DNA of 64,000 nucleotides, taken from assembly GCA_023150935.1 (NCBI GenBank), contig JAKLJW010000008.1, positions 1,721 through 65,720 on the forward strand, read 5' to 3'. Both the position numbers and the translations under genes were made by a program. The DNA is from Candidatus Binatia bacterium. GTDB taxonomy: Bacteria > Desulfobacterota > Binatia > HRBIN30. Below are positions 9,503 to 19,800 of the stretch, piece after piece. A model generated the notes under the pieces. It had not been told where the DNA came from, searched no databases, and worked only from the letters and a program-made list of their open reading frames with translations. Position 1 is the first letter of the stretch. Each line of letters starts with the position of its first letter.

Positions 9503-10297
9503 CGGAACACGTACGCCAGCGGCTGAAGCGCAAAGTACACGATCGCACACGCCGCCAGACCCATCGGCACGCCCTGTAACCGCACCGCCACTTCGTCACC
9601 GAACTGCAACCGCTCGACAATCGCATCGACCAGAGCCGTCGCCGCCACCCACAGCGCCATGGCTCGCAGCACTTCCCCGACACCTTCGTACTCCGGCACG
9701 GCAAGCACCAGAGCCACGGGCGCAACCCGGGGCGCCGCCAGCACGATCAGGCCCGCCGCCAGCGGGAATCCCAACCCGGCCGGCCACGGCCCAATGGCAC
9801 CCGCCCAGGCAATCGCCGGCGCCAGCACCGCCACCCAGCGACCCGGCCCCGGCCCGATCGACACGGCAACCGCGACGGCCAGGAAGACCAGGTCATACGC
9901 GGTCACGAGGTCTCCCGAGCGCAACGATCGCCACCGCGCACCCCAGCAGCAGCACGCCCGCCGTGCGGAATTGCAGCGGCACAAACAGCGCGACTGGCGG
10001 CCCGGCGACGGCCGCTACCAGTAGATTAGGCCACCGTCCCGCCAGTAGACCCGCCGCAACGATCGCCATCGCATTCACCCCCGGAACCACCGCCGCAGAC
10101 GCCCACGCCACGGCAATCCAGCGCAGAGGCGAGGCGTTCGCAACCGCTGCGCCAACGACCAGCGCCGCCGACCAGGCCAGCGCTCCCGACCACGACAGAT
10201 CGGCCACCGCCGGCAACAACGCAGCGACGACCCCGGCGCCTATCCACGCCTCCGACACCGGCACCGCCAACGCGCCAGCCGACTCGCCCGAGTTCAC
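9499..10297 (-). CDS. Rnf membrane subunit of the RnfA/RnfE (NqrD/E) family; reading frame switches within ~9896-10014
   Basis: N-terminal part: GTG 10297 (GTGA overlap with the rnfG stop) runs to TGA 9893. C-terminal part is in another frame, open 10014..9499, with its stop overlapping the rnfD ATG. The combined ~266 codons are polytopic. Only about 800 bp lie between rnfG and rnfD, which fits one A/E-type subunit, not two. Confidence 0.5.
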
Positions 10298-10776
10298 GGA
10301 GTCACCGCCTTCCATGCCTGCAGCCGTTCGTTGACGGCATCCACGACGCGCTGAGAGGACACCGTCGCACCGGTCACCGTGTGTACCACGAGAGGCGGCG
10401 TTGCCGCCCGGCCGCGGAACCGCTCGAGGAAGTCGCTCCGAAGCAGCGCGGTCCGATCGACTCCTTCGTGCCCGCGCACGAGCAGGACTTGCTCGATACC
10501 CCCTTCATCGACGACCACCGCGCCGCGCACGGGACCCTGCACACCGACGACATCGAAGAACAGCACCGCCGCCGAGCCGGCCCGGAACGCCGGCGGCCCG
10601 GACACGGCGACCGGCTCGACCGGACCGATCAGCGACTCCGCCAGTCGACGCGCAGCGTCGGGTCGCGGCAACGCCACGTTGAGTCCCAGTGCGCACGCCA
10701 GGAGCACGGCCCCCAGCCGATCCGCTCGCCCCACACCGGCCATGACCGCGGTCCGGACGCGGCTCGCCACAGTCAT
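10294..10776 (-). CDS. rnfG: Rnf subunit G (FMN-binding domain)
   Basis: C-terminal VHTVTGATVSSQRVVDAVNERL matches the RnfG/NqrC FMN_bind SGAT motif. ATG 10776 overlaps the rnfC TGA (ATGA). Confidence 0.75.
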   Translation of the reverse strand: MTVASRVRTAVMAGVGRADRLGAVLLACALGLNVALPRPDAARRLAESLIGPVEPVAVSGPPAFRAGSAAVLFFDVVGVQGPVRGAVVVDEGGIEQVLLVRGHEGVDRTALLRSDFLERFRGRAATPPLVVHTVTGATVSSQRVVDAVNERLQAWKAVTP

Positions 10777-11900
10777 GCACAACCCCCGGCCACGCGCGCG
10801 ACGAAATCGCGCTTCAGCACCCGCATGCGCGCCACCAGACGCCGCTCGGAAGGACAGACGAATTCGCACAGACCGCACTCGACACAATCGAGCACGGCCG
10901 CGGTCGGCCGCCGGATCAACCGGCTAACCGGCAGCTCGAACGGACAAGCCGCAAGGCACCGCCCGCACCTCACGCAACGCTCGTCCCGCCGTCCACTCAC
11001 CTCGTCGTGCGTCAGCGCCAGCACGGCAATCGTGCCGGCGGCGATCGGCGTCTCCGGCGCCGCGGCGTATCCCATCATCGGCCCACCGCAGATAACCGCC
11101 GCGACCCGCTCCATGTCGACCTCACAGCTCGCCAGTACGTGTCCGACCTCGGTGCCGATCGGAACGACGTAGTTGCCCGGCCGGCCGACGGCGCCCCCGT
11201 CCACGGTGATCACACGATCGACCAGGGGACGGCGTTCGTTGACCGCACGGTGGATCGCCCGGATCGTCTGCACGTTCAGCACCACGGCCCCGACCGCAGG
11301 CGGACGACCGCCCCGCGGCACCTCGCGCGCAAGCGTTCGACGAACGAGCATGCGCTCGTCGCCTCCCGGGTAGCCGCGATCGTCATCCACCACCAGCGCG
11401 CGCGCGGCGCCGACCGCCGCAACCGCCAACCCGGCCCCCGCCTCGATCTCCGCGCCATGCTCGGCAAGCACCCGGCTGTCGCAGGTCACGTACGGTTCGC
11501 TTTGCAGCGCGTTGACGACCACCGTATCGAGGCCCGGCCGCGAGGCGACGCGCGAGAGCTTGAGGTAAGTGGGAAACATCGCCCCGCCCATGCCCACCAC
11601 TCCGGCATCGCGCACGGCGTCGACGACATCCGCACCACGGGCAAGCGGCCGCACGACGTCCGGCTCGCCCGCAACCGCGATCTCGCCGCCGACGCCGACC
11701 ACGGTCCCGGATAGCGGCGAATGGACGCGCAACTGCCATGCGGCGCCTTGCGCCGATCGCGCCAGCAGGTCGCCGGCGCGGACGCGGTCGCCCGACTGCA
11801 CGACGCAGTGCAGGTCTCGCACCGGCAGGCGAACCAGCGGCGGCGCCACCAGCGGCGCGATGCGCGAGTCCGCCGTGCGCTTGCGAGCAGGTATTCTCAC
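10773..11900 (-). CDS. rnfC: Rnf subunit C (2x[4Fe-4S] ferredoxin motifs)
   Basis: GMGGAMFPTYLKL (RnfC core) and two CxxCxxCxxxCP motifs (CVRCGRCLAACP, CVECGLCEFVCP). GTG 11900 overlaps the cytochrome TGA (GTGA). Confidence 0.8.
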   Translation of the reverse strand: MRIPARKRTADSRIAPLVAPPLVRLPVRDLHCVVQSGDRVRAGDLLARSAQGAAWQLRVHSPLSGTVVGVGGEIAVAGEPDVVRPLARGADVVDAVRDAGVVGMGGAMFPTYLKLSRVASRPGLDTVVVNALQSEPYVTCDSRVLAEHGAEIEAGAGLAVAAVGAARALVVDDDRGYPGGDERMLVRRTLAREVPRGGRPPAVGAVVLNVQTIRAIHRAVNERRPLVDRVITVDGGAVGRPGNYVVPIGTEVGHVLASCEVDMERVAAVICGGPMMGYAAAPETPIAAGTIAVLALTHDEVSGRRDERCVRCGRCLAACPFELPVSRLIRRPTAAVLDCVECGLCEFVCPSERRLVARMRVLKRDFVARVAGGCA

Positions 11901-12430
11901 GGTGCCCACTCCTCGATGCGATGGCACTCGGCACATTGCGCGGCGAAGTATTCCGCGTGGCATTCGAGGCACCCCGCGCCCCGTTCGAGCCCGGCGCTCG
12001 CATGTTCCTGTCGCGCACGCCGGTCCCGTCCCGGATCGCGTACCGATTCGGTATGCCACGGCGGCACCTGCCTGACGTGGCAGTCGCGGCACTGCTCGGT
12101 CCGATGGCAGCCAAGGCACTGAGGGCGATCGGCTACCGCCGCGGCGCCGTGGGTCAGCGTCACGAACGCCGCGTCGTGCGTGGCCTGCACGCGGCCCCGG
12201 TGGCACTCGGCGCAACCCTGCGACGCCTCGCCACCGCGCGGGACGGGATCGCGACGAACTGCATTGACGCCCGCCCAGGCAAACGCCGCGACCAGCACAA
12301 CGCCGGCCAGTCCCGTCGCCGCCACGGGTCCGAGCATGCCCCTACCGGCTCGCCCGAGAACGGCGGCCGAGCCCGGAGCAGGAAGCCTCGCGCGGAGACG
12401 ACGCGCGTTCGTTTCGAAGTCCGTGCCCAT
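11897..12430 (-). CDS. Membrane-anchored pentahaem c-type cytochrome
   Basis: One N-terminal TM helix, then five CxxCH motifs (CAECH, CLGCH, CRDCH, CLECH, CAECH) in about 120 aa. Start is uncertain: ATG 12430 or TTG 12469. Confidence 0.65.
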   Translation of the reverse strand: MGTDFETNARRLRARLPAPGSAAVLGRAGRGMLGPVAATGLAGVVLVAAFAWAGVNAVRRDPVPRGGEASQGCAECHRGRVQATHDAAFVTLTHGAAAVADRPQCLGCHRTEQCRDCHVRQVPPWHTESVRDPGRDRRARQEHASAGLERGAGCLECHAEYFAAQCAECHRIEEWAP

Positions 12431-12559
12431 GCCCGGGTACCGTGTTCCCCGATCGGAGCGGTTTTTCAACCCGCCCGCAGCCCGAAGCGATCCGCGCCGT
12501 CGCCCCCGCGGGTCCGCCGAGCGACTCCTCGCCGGGCGGCATATCGACGCCCGCGGCGG

Positions 12560-15500
12560 CTAGCGCGGAACGCCGAGATCGATCCAGCGTACAACGGCCG
12601 CCAGCTCCTGCTCCGAAAGAGGATGCGCCGACGGATGCGGCCGGTCCCCTGCGATCGCGCCCGGTGCGTGCAACTCCCGACCCAGCAACTTCTCCGTCAG
12701 AGCGCTCTCGATCGCCAGTCCCTCGCCCGCCGTGTATCGGCGCAACGCCTCGTACGCCTCCGTGCCGGTCAGGTTCACCCCCGCCGCAGGGTCTTTGCCC
12801 GCGTGGCAGCTCGCACAACGCGCCTCGACGATCGGCCGCACATCGGTGTCGAAACTCGCCTCGCGCAACTCCACGGGTCCGTCGCCCGACCAGTTCGCAG
12901 GCATACGGCCCGTACCGCTTTCCTGGCTCCAGTTCGCCAGCGTCCGCGACGCCGAAGTCATCGCGTCGGGCCGGCGCAGGGTATCGGCCGGCCTCCCCGT
13001 CAGTCCGCCGTGACAGCCCCCACAGGTCTGCGCGAAGAGACGCCGCGGAATCGACAGGGTGTGCAGCTCGCCCGGCTGCGCGTACAGCCAGCGGTTCGGC
13101 GAACGCAACGCCATGCCCCGGCCGTTCAGCGACTGGAGGTCGAAAGCGAGCCCCGACGGCACCGCGGCGTAGAACGAACCGTCGGGTTCGAGCGGCAGCT
13201 CCGCGATAGTGACGCGCCTGTCGTCGCGCCATCCCACCAGTCTGACCCCCTGCACCTGATCGACGTCGGGCGTTTCCGTACCGCAGATCGGGCAGCTCGC
13301 CGTCGCGATGTGACGAGGCCCCACCGGCACGATCTGCTCGAAGAACGCATCGAGCAGCGGCAGGTCGGCCACGTGCAAGACGGCCGGCGTTCCTTCCGGA
13401 TAGCCGGCAAAGCCGCGCACGACCGCCGGCGCCCCGAACAGTCTCTCCTGCCGCAGCAACGACTTGCCCACCGGCTCCTTAAGACGGGCAACGACCGGGC
13501 GCGGCCACAGCTCGGAGTCGGGACCCCCGATCGTCGGCTCGCGCCGGAAAGCGCCGGGGGCGAACCCGTCCGGGGTCTGCCACGCCGGCGCCGGTACAAG
13601 TCGAAAGATGTCGAAGTCGGGATCGGCCCCCGCATCGGTCAGATCCAATGGCCCCTGCGCCCATGCAACAACGACGCTCCCGTCGGGCATCGGGAAAGGA
13701 TCGCGGTACGCACCGCCGGCCGACACACCGCGGGCCGCAGCCGTTGCATCGAGCGCCAACCACCCCGGCACGAAGCGCGGCAGCGACGTCACCGGCGTGC
13801 CGGTCGCATACGGATGATCGAGATTGTCGGTGGGGTTGTCGGCCTCGATCGTCGGGCCGAACTGGTGATCGGAAAGAATCAGACTGCCGCCCCACCACGA
13901 ATCGGCGTCACGGCCGATGCGGACCTCGAGGCCGTTCGGCAACTCGCGGTCGTCGGCGAAGATCGGCACTCCCGAACGGTTGCCGTTGTGGGTGTGGAAG
14001 TTCGAGCCGTCGACGTGGGTGCGGAACAACGCGCCGTTGAAGAACGGCCGGCCGTCCTGTTCTCCGGTACGCAGCGACGTGAACACGATCTCGCCCGACG
14101 ATCTCATCGTCGGACGCCTGACCTGACTCGGCGAGTAGGTCATACGCCGCAGCGTCGACCGCAACGTCTCCCGTTCCTGCCCCGGCGCCGCCAGTCGCAT
14201 ACGATAAGCGTCGAAACACGGCGCCAAGCGCGGCGTGCCTTCGATCACGTAGTGCGTCGTCGAGTCGATCGCGCGCGGCAGGGGCGCGTCGAGCAGCAGC
14301 TTCCCGGTTTCGTGACGCCGGACACGCCGCAGCGCTCCGGCGTTGCTGCCGCGAACGAAACGCACGGTACGACCGTCGTAGGCGCCCGCTCGCTCGGTGA
14401 GCTGGTCGTCGAGCAGCGCCGTCGAGCTGCCACCCTCGGCCTCGCCGAGGCGGCCGGCCGGACTCGACCGGCAAGCGCCCGCGTCGAGATTGGAGACGAA
14501 CACCAGCGCCGCGCGCGACAGGTCGTCGCCGTCACGGTCGTCCGGGTCCGGCACGTACAACGGATCGAGGAAGTGTACCGCCGGATCGGTCGAGAACGTC
14601 AATTGCCGCGCGGCACCGGTCGCGAGTTCGATCTCCCACAAGTCGAACGGTTCCTCCGCCGACCGGCGCATCGCAAAGACCACGCGGCGGGCGTCATAGC
14701 TCACCGCGGGCGCGCGCACGTCGGCCGCGGTGCCCTTGTGCAGGCCGGCCGTGAGGTTGACCTCCTCGCCGTCGCTGCGCCGCCAGTAGAGATCGCCCCC
14801 CGGCAGAAAGGTCAGGTCCTCGAAGAACCGTTCGGGGGAGTGACGTGGCCGGCGCACGAACACGAAGCCCCGCACCTCGCCGAGGGCGGCCGCCGTCCGC
14901 CGGCGGGCATCCTCGGCTTCGAGCCGCAGCCATTCGACCAGTAACCGGTAATCGGGATCGTCCTTGCGGAAAAAGTCGTTCCCGCCCTTGTGCACGATGC
15001 CGCCCTGCTCGACCGGGATGTTCTTGAGCAGTTGCTTCGACTGCTCGACGTCGCCGTCGAGCGCGACGAGCCGGGTGACCTTGCCGAGCATCGCCTGCCG
15101 GTTCGCACGGTGCATCGCGCCGGAAAACCGCGCCGGCAGGGCCGGCATACCGGCATCCAGCTTGAGGTCGTTGAAGGCCAGCTCGCCGTGGCAGTTGGCG
15201 CCCAGGCAGGTCTTGCGCACGAGGATCGGCGCGACCCGGCCGGCGAAGAACTCCTCGGTGGCACTCGGCGGGGACGGTGCGGACTGACGGGTGCGCGCCT
15301 CGACCTCGAGCCAGGCAACCAGTTCCGCGTAATCCGGGTCGTCGGGCGAGGCGAACACCTCCGGATGCCGCCAGTACCCGGAGTAGGCGGTCGCCAGCGG
15401 GGCGCGGGCAAGGAGACTTGCGGCCGGCGTTCCCGGATCGATCGGGCGCAGCGTGCGCGTCTGAGTCTCCCGGATCCGGGTACACCGATCGTAAGCGGCA

Positions 15501-15808
15501 CGCCGCTGGTCGGCCGAACCGATCCGACCTCGGTCGTCGGTGGGCCATTGCAGCAGCGCCGGCGCAGCGGCCTCCTCCTCCATCGCCCGGTAGCGCGCTT
15601 CGCGGACACCGTGACAGCCGCCGCAGCGCCGATCGAGGACGGGCACGACGCGCTCGCCGAACCGCGCCTCGGAATCCTCTTCAGCGACCGGCGGGGCATA
15701 GACCCACGGCAACCAGACCGAGCCTCCGGCGGCCGCGATCACAGCGCCGATTCCCAGTAAGGCGAGGGCCACGCCGCGCCGGCGTCTATGCGGTCGGGGC
15801 TCGATCAT
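12560..15808 (-). CDS. Large (~1080 aa) exported multi-domain protein: three c-type haem motifs plus PD40/TolB-like beta-propeller region
   Basis: CGGCHG twice and CASCHAG (CxxCH), each in a (V)RPIL…C..CH context resembling planctomycete-type cytochrome domains. Propeller-like repeats in the middle and an N-terminal TM/signal. ATG 15808 overlaps the apbE TGA. Upstream codons (to 16495) are an Arg-rich artefact overlapping apbE. Confidence 0.6.
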   Translation of the reverse strand: MIEPRPHRRRRGVALALLGIGAVIAAAGGSVWLPWVYAPPVAEEDSEARFGERVVPVLDRRCGGCHGVREARYRAMEEEAAAPALLQWPTDDRGRIGSADQRRAAYDRCTRIRETQTRTLRPIDPGTPAASLLARAPLATAYSGYWRHPEVFASPDDPDYAELVAWLEVEARTRQSAPSPPSATEEFFAGRVAPILVRKTCLGANCHGELAFNDLKLDAGMPALPARFSGAMHRANRQAMLGKVTRLVALDGDVEQSKQLLKNIPVEQGGIVHKGGNDFFRKDDPDYRLLVEWLRLEAEDARRRTAAALGEVRGFVFVRRPRHSPERFFEDLTFLPGGDLYWRRSDGEEVNLTAGLHKGTAADVRAPAVSYDARRVVFAMRRSAEEPFDLWEIELATGAARQLTFSTDPAVHFLDPLYVPDPDDRDGDDLSRAALVFVSNLDAGACRSSPAGRLGEAEGGSSTALLDDQLTERAGAYDGRTVRFVRGSNAGALRRVRRHETGKLLLDAPLPRAIDSTTHYVIEGTPRLAPCFDAYRMRLAAPGQERETLRSTLRRMTYSPSQVRRPTMRSSGEIVFTSLRTGEQDGRPFFNGALFRTHVDGSNFHTHNGNRSGVPIFADDRELPNGLEVRIGRDADSWWGGSLILSDHQFGPTIEADNPTDNLDHPYATGTPVTSLPRFVPGWLALDATAAARGVSAGGAYRDPFPMPDGSVVVAWAQGPLDLTDAGADPDFDIFRLVPAPAWQTPDGFAPGAFRREPTIGGPDSELWPRPVVARLKEPVGKSLLRQERLFGAPAVVRGFAGYPEGTPAVLHVADLPLLDAFFEQIVPVGPRHIATASCPICGTETPDVDQVQGVRLVGWRDDRRVTIAELPLEPDGSFYAAVPSGLAFDLQSLNGRGMALRSPNRWLYAQPGELHTLSIPRRLFAQTCGGCHGGLTGRPADTLRRPDAMTSASRTLANWSQESGTGRMPANWSGDGPVELREASFDTDVRPIVEARCASCHAGKDPAAGVNLTGTEAYEALRRYTAGEGLAIESALTEKLLGRELHAPGAIAGDRPHPSAHPLSEQELAAVVRWIDLGVPR

Positions 15809-16851
15809 CGCAGCCATTGCAAGCGGTCGCCTTCGAGACGCAGGCCCCGCGACAGATGTACTCGGCCATCGCGATCGACGGCGAGAGCCTCGACGTCCGG
15901 CAGTGCGTCGGCCAGCGCAATCCCCCGTTCCCAGCCGAGCACGGCGATCGCGGTAGCCAGCGCGTCGGCGGCGGTGCCGTTGCCGGCGATCGCGGTCGCA
16001 CCGGTCACTTCGCGTGCCGGCCAGCCGGTGCGCAGGTCGACGATATGCTGATAGCGCGTGCCATCGACGGCGAAGAACCGTTCGTAGTCGCCGGAAGTGG
16101 CGATCGCGCAGTCGGTGGCCGGGAGCGTTGCGAGCAGGGTGTCGCGGCGCGGATCGCGCACCCCGACGATCCACGGGGCACCGTCCCGAGAGCCGCCGAC
16201 GACGACGTCGCCACCCGCATCGACGATGAAATTCGGGAAGCCGATCTGCCGCAGCCGCGCGGCCATGCGGTCGGCGGCGAAGCCCTTGCCGATGGCGCCG
16301 AAGCCGAGCTTCATGCCCGCACGGGCAAGGCCGATGCGGGCGCCTTCCTGCCGAATGCCCCGGTAGCCGACCAGTGCCTGGCGTGCGGCGATTTCCGCGC
16401 CGGCCGGCAGCCTTCGGGTCAGCCGCGCCCGCTCCCACAACTCGAAGAGCGGTCCCCCGGTGACGTCGAAGGCGCCGTCGCTGCGGCGCGCCCATTCAAT
16501 CGATCGCTCTACCAGCTCCTGCAGTTCGGGTCCGACGGCCACCGTCGCGGCCCCGGCCGCGGCATTGATCGCCGACGTCTCGCTGCCCGGCTGCCACTCG
16601 CTGATGCGCGCCTCGATCGCGGCGGCCAGGTCGAGCGCCTCGTTGGCGGCCGCGGCCGCGCGCGGCTGAGCGCCCGCTTCCGCCCACACCGACACCTCCA
16701 CCAGCGTACCCATCATGGGCCGCGCCACCCGGACGATCGCTCCGGCCGAACCGGGCCGGCCGCGCCGCTCGGCAACGCCGAGCGCGACCAGCACGGCAAC
16801 GCCCACCGCGACCGCCGCTATTCGATAGATAGGACGTACCGTGTCAGGCAT
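15805..16851 (-). CDS. apbE: FAD:protein FMN transferase (ApbE family)
   Basis: GAIGKGFAADRMAARL, DAGGDVVVGG and TSGDYERFF motifs. Signal/TM at the N-terminus. Start ATG 16851 verified codon-by-codon (MPDTVRPIYRIA…). Confidence 0.8.
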   Translation of the reverse strand: MPDTVRPIYRIAAVAVGVAVLVALGVAERRGRPGSAGAIVRVARPMMGTLVEVSVWAEAGAQPRAAAAANEALDLAAAIEARISEWQPGSETSAINAAAGAATVAVGPELQELVERSIEWARRSDGAFDVTGGPLFELWERARLTRRLPAGAEIAARQALVGYRGIRQEGARIGLARAGMKLGFGAIGKGFAADRMAARLRQIGFPNFIVDAGGDVVVGGSRDGAPWIVGVRDPRRDTLLATLPATDCAIATSGDYERFFAVDGTRYQHIVDLRTGWPAREVTGATAIAGNGTAADALATAIAVLGWERGIALADALPDVEALAVDRDGRVHLSRGLRLEGDRLQWLR

Positions 16852-19800
16852 TCGATATCCCAGACGGTCAGGTGCGACGTGACGCCGTGTGTGTCCGGCA
16901 ACCCGTCCCGCTCGTTGAGTCCCCGCTCGCGTTGGTCGGGCCGGTCGGCGTCGGGCCGCGGAGCCGGCAGGCGGCCCAGCGCGGGATGGTCGGGAGTGCA
17001 GAGCACCTCGCGCAAGCTGACCGCGTGTCCGTGGTGCAGAAACCGCGGCGGCCGCGCCCACAGGCCGCGCAGCGACGGCGCCACGAAGAACCCTTCGCGC
17101 TCCTCGACGCGCCCGCCATCGTCCGGATCCCAGGGGCGAACGTAGCCGTTGATCGCGTCGATCCGGTCAGCGCTGACGAGGGTGTGCGCGTCGTCTCGGG
17201 CGGCCGGTGTGACGAGCGGCGGGAAGGCCCGGTTCTGATTGTACGCGTGTTGTTTGTCGGTAAAGGCCGGCGCCGGATGACAGCCGGCGCAGCCGACCCG
17301 CGGGCTTTCGAACAGCGCCCGTCCGTGCCGCACCATCGGGTCGCCGGGATCGACCGGGTTGGGCAGCAGGCGCGGCTCGCCGCGCTGGTAGTCGCCGATG
17401 AACTTCTGCAGCTCGCGGAACGAGTAGGCGCGGCCGAGGTATCTTGCCGAGATCCGTGCAAAGTGCCGGTCGCGCCGCTTGAGCAGGTCGGCCAGCGTCA
17501 CGCCTTCCCGGTTCCACGCCCGGCCGGTGGCAACCACGATCGTGTCGGCCGAGGTCGCGTAACGGGCGGCGTCCTCGGCGGTGACACGGATGCCGTCGAA
17601 ATCGCCCGCCGGCGTGTGCCCCTGGAAGTCGACCAGCGGGTTGTGCTCCATCATCATGGTCAAGGGCTCGTCGATCGACAGTGTGCCTTCGACGAAGAAG
17701 GGGACCTTCTGAACCAGCGCCCGGAGGTCGGGAACCTCACGGCTGCCTCCCGTACGCTCGTCGCCGTGGCGGCTCTGGCCCATAACCTGGCTGACGCTCC
17801 ACTGCTTCCCGTCGGAGGTATCGCGGTAATGGCAATGAACGCAGCTCTGATCCTGGTCGACCGAGAACACGCTGGTCTGCACGAAGAACTCGCCGCGTTC
17901 GAAGTCAGTGGCCGGGAACGCTTGGGGTAGCCGCGATACCGAGCGGGTGACGGTTGTACCGTCGCGCATATCGACGAACGTGACGCTCTCGTCGAGGTGG
18001 TTGGCGACCACCAGCGTCGACCCGGCGACCGCCAGACCCGTAGGTTTGAGGCCGGTGGCGAAGACGCGACCGGGGCGCAGTCGCCCGGACGGCGGCGCAT
18101 CGACCGAAACGTGCCATTCCTGCACTTCGAAGGTGCCCGACATGGAGACGAACAGGCGGTCGCCGTCCGCGGCGATCTGTTCCGGGAAGGCGCCGGCGAC
18201 GCGCAGAAGATCCGGCGGCAGATCGCCTTTGACGTCGCCGGGAAGGGCTTCGAACGAATCGGACGTGTAGCGAGTGAAGGTCTCCGAAGCCGTGTACACA
18301 TCGACGCGCTCAGCGCCCGGATCGAGGATGACGATGTCGTTGCCGATGTCGCGGAACTTCTCCTGCGCGGTGCCGTCGACGGCATCGAACCGACCGAGCG
18401 GCCGTTGCCTGTCGAGCGGCAGCGGCCGGGCCGTGGCGGGATCGCGCCACAGCGTGAAATCGGCGTTCGGCTCGCGGGAATCGAGGCTCTCGCGACCGGC
18501 GTCGTGGTCGCCAGGGTGTCCCGAACCGACGTTGAGCGTGGCGAACACGAGTCGGCCTCGCGCCCAGGCGATGTCGTTGACCGGCGAACGGGTGAAGATG
18601 CGCCGCGTCTCGCGCCGCGAGCCGAGATCGACCACCGACACGTCGAGCGACCCGGTGTTGGCGACGTACAGCGTGCTGCCGTCCGGCGCGATGGCCATGT
18701 CGCGCGGTTTGTCGCCGACGGAGATGCCAGGCCCCTCGGTGCCGTCGGCGATCCAACGGCGCAGCGCTGCGAAGTCGGGATCGCGGTCCGGTTCCGGAAA
18801 CACGACGCCGCCGGGGTGATGCTTGCCGTCGATGCTGTCGGCACGGCCACCGTGACGCGTTGCGGTCACCGCAAGGAGAAGCGGACTGAGTTCCGGCGCT
18901 CCGGCGCGCGCGTGGACGACCGTGCTCCGAAAGATCTGCCGGTCGTCGCGACCGGCATAGAACCCGCCGGCCGCATAGAGGTGGCAGCTCGCCGTGCCGC
19001 AGCGGGCGCGCAGGACGCCTTTGATGCCGTCGGGACCGCCCGTTTGCGGGGGCGGGGCGATTTCCTCGAGCGGGGCGAAGCCGCAGCGCACGCACCGGGT
19101 CGCCGCCGGGTTGGCATCGCGCCATCCACACATGGGACACTTGCGCCACCCGGTCGGGTGGCGCCGTGGCGTACCGAAAAACCGGCGGCGGTCGAAACCC
19201 AGCTCGCGCAGCCGACCGGAGAGCCGGTCGTCGTCCCACGTCAGGTCGACCACGAGCACCTGGTTCGTCCAGAAGTTCGAGACGTAGACCGTGCGCCCAT
19301 CCGGCGCGAAGATCAGATCCTCGGCGTAGAACGGCACGGGGATGCTGGAGACGACGCGGTCGGTGGCGACGTCGATCACGGATAGGTAGTTGGAGAATCG
19401 ATTGGTGACGACGACCCAGCGACCCGTGGGGTGCAGAGCGATTCCGTACGGGTGGGACCCGACGGCGACGCGGCCGATCTCGCGCCGGCGGGGCACGTCG
19501 AAGACAACGACCTCCGACCCCGGAGCGATCTCCTTGCCGGCGAGCGTCACGTAGGCCCTGGCACCGTCGAGGGTGGCCGCGACGCGGTAAGGCCGGGTGC
19601 GAAGCGGCTGGCGGGGCAGCGACGGATCGGGGTTGGCGACGGGCAACAGGTTCCGGGGCGCCTCCGGGGCCGAGCTATCGTCGGGCGTGCCTGCAAGGTC
19701 AACCGGCGGTGCCACCGGCACCGCCCGCCCGGCATCGTGGTTGCCGGCAGAATTACGGTACAGCGAAACCCCGATGCCGGTAACGAGCGCGGCGCACGCC

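Noticed and set aside
9893-9984. Two separate short genes (134 aa and ~135 aa) instead of one frameshifted rnfA/E
   Set aside because: RnfA and RnfE each need about 190-230 aa and six TM helices. Neither half alone is long enough. Both ends are coupled to neighbours as for a single gene. This is kept as an alternative reading in the finding.
12470-12562. The TAG stop of the tri-haem protein is in the same frame as the pentahaem cytochrome, with no stop in the 30 intervening codons (possible amber read-through fusion)
   Set aside because: Same-frame placement has a 1-in-3 chance. Thirty stop-free codons are unremarkable at this GC content. The stop is TAG, so it is unrelated to tRNA-Sec. No evidence of a suppressor was seen.
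15809-16495. 229-codon N-terminal extension of the tri-haem protein ORF
   Set aside because: It is Arg-rich, overlaps the well-supported apbE gene on the same strand, and ATG 15808 gives a classic ATGA coupling plus an immediate signal/TM segment.
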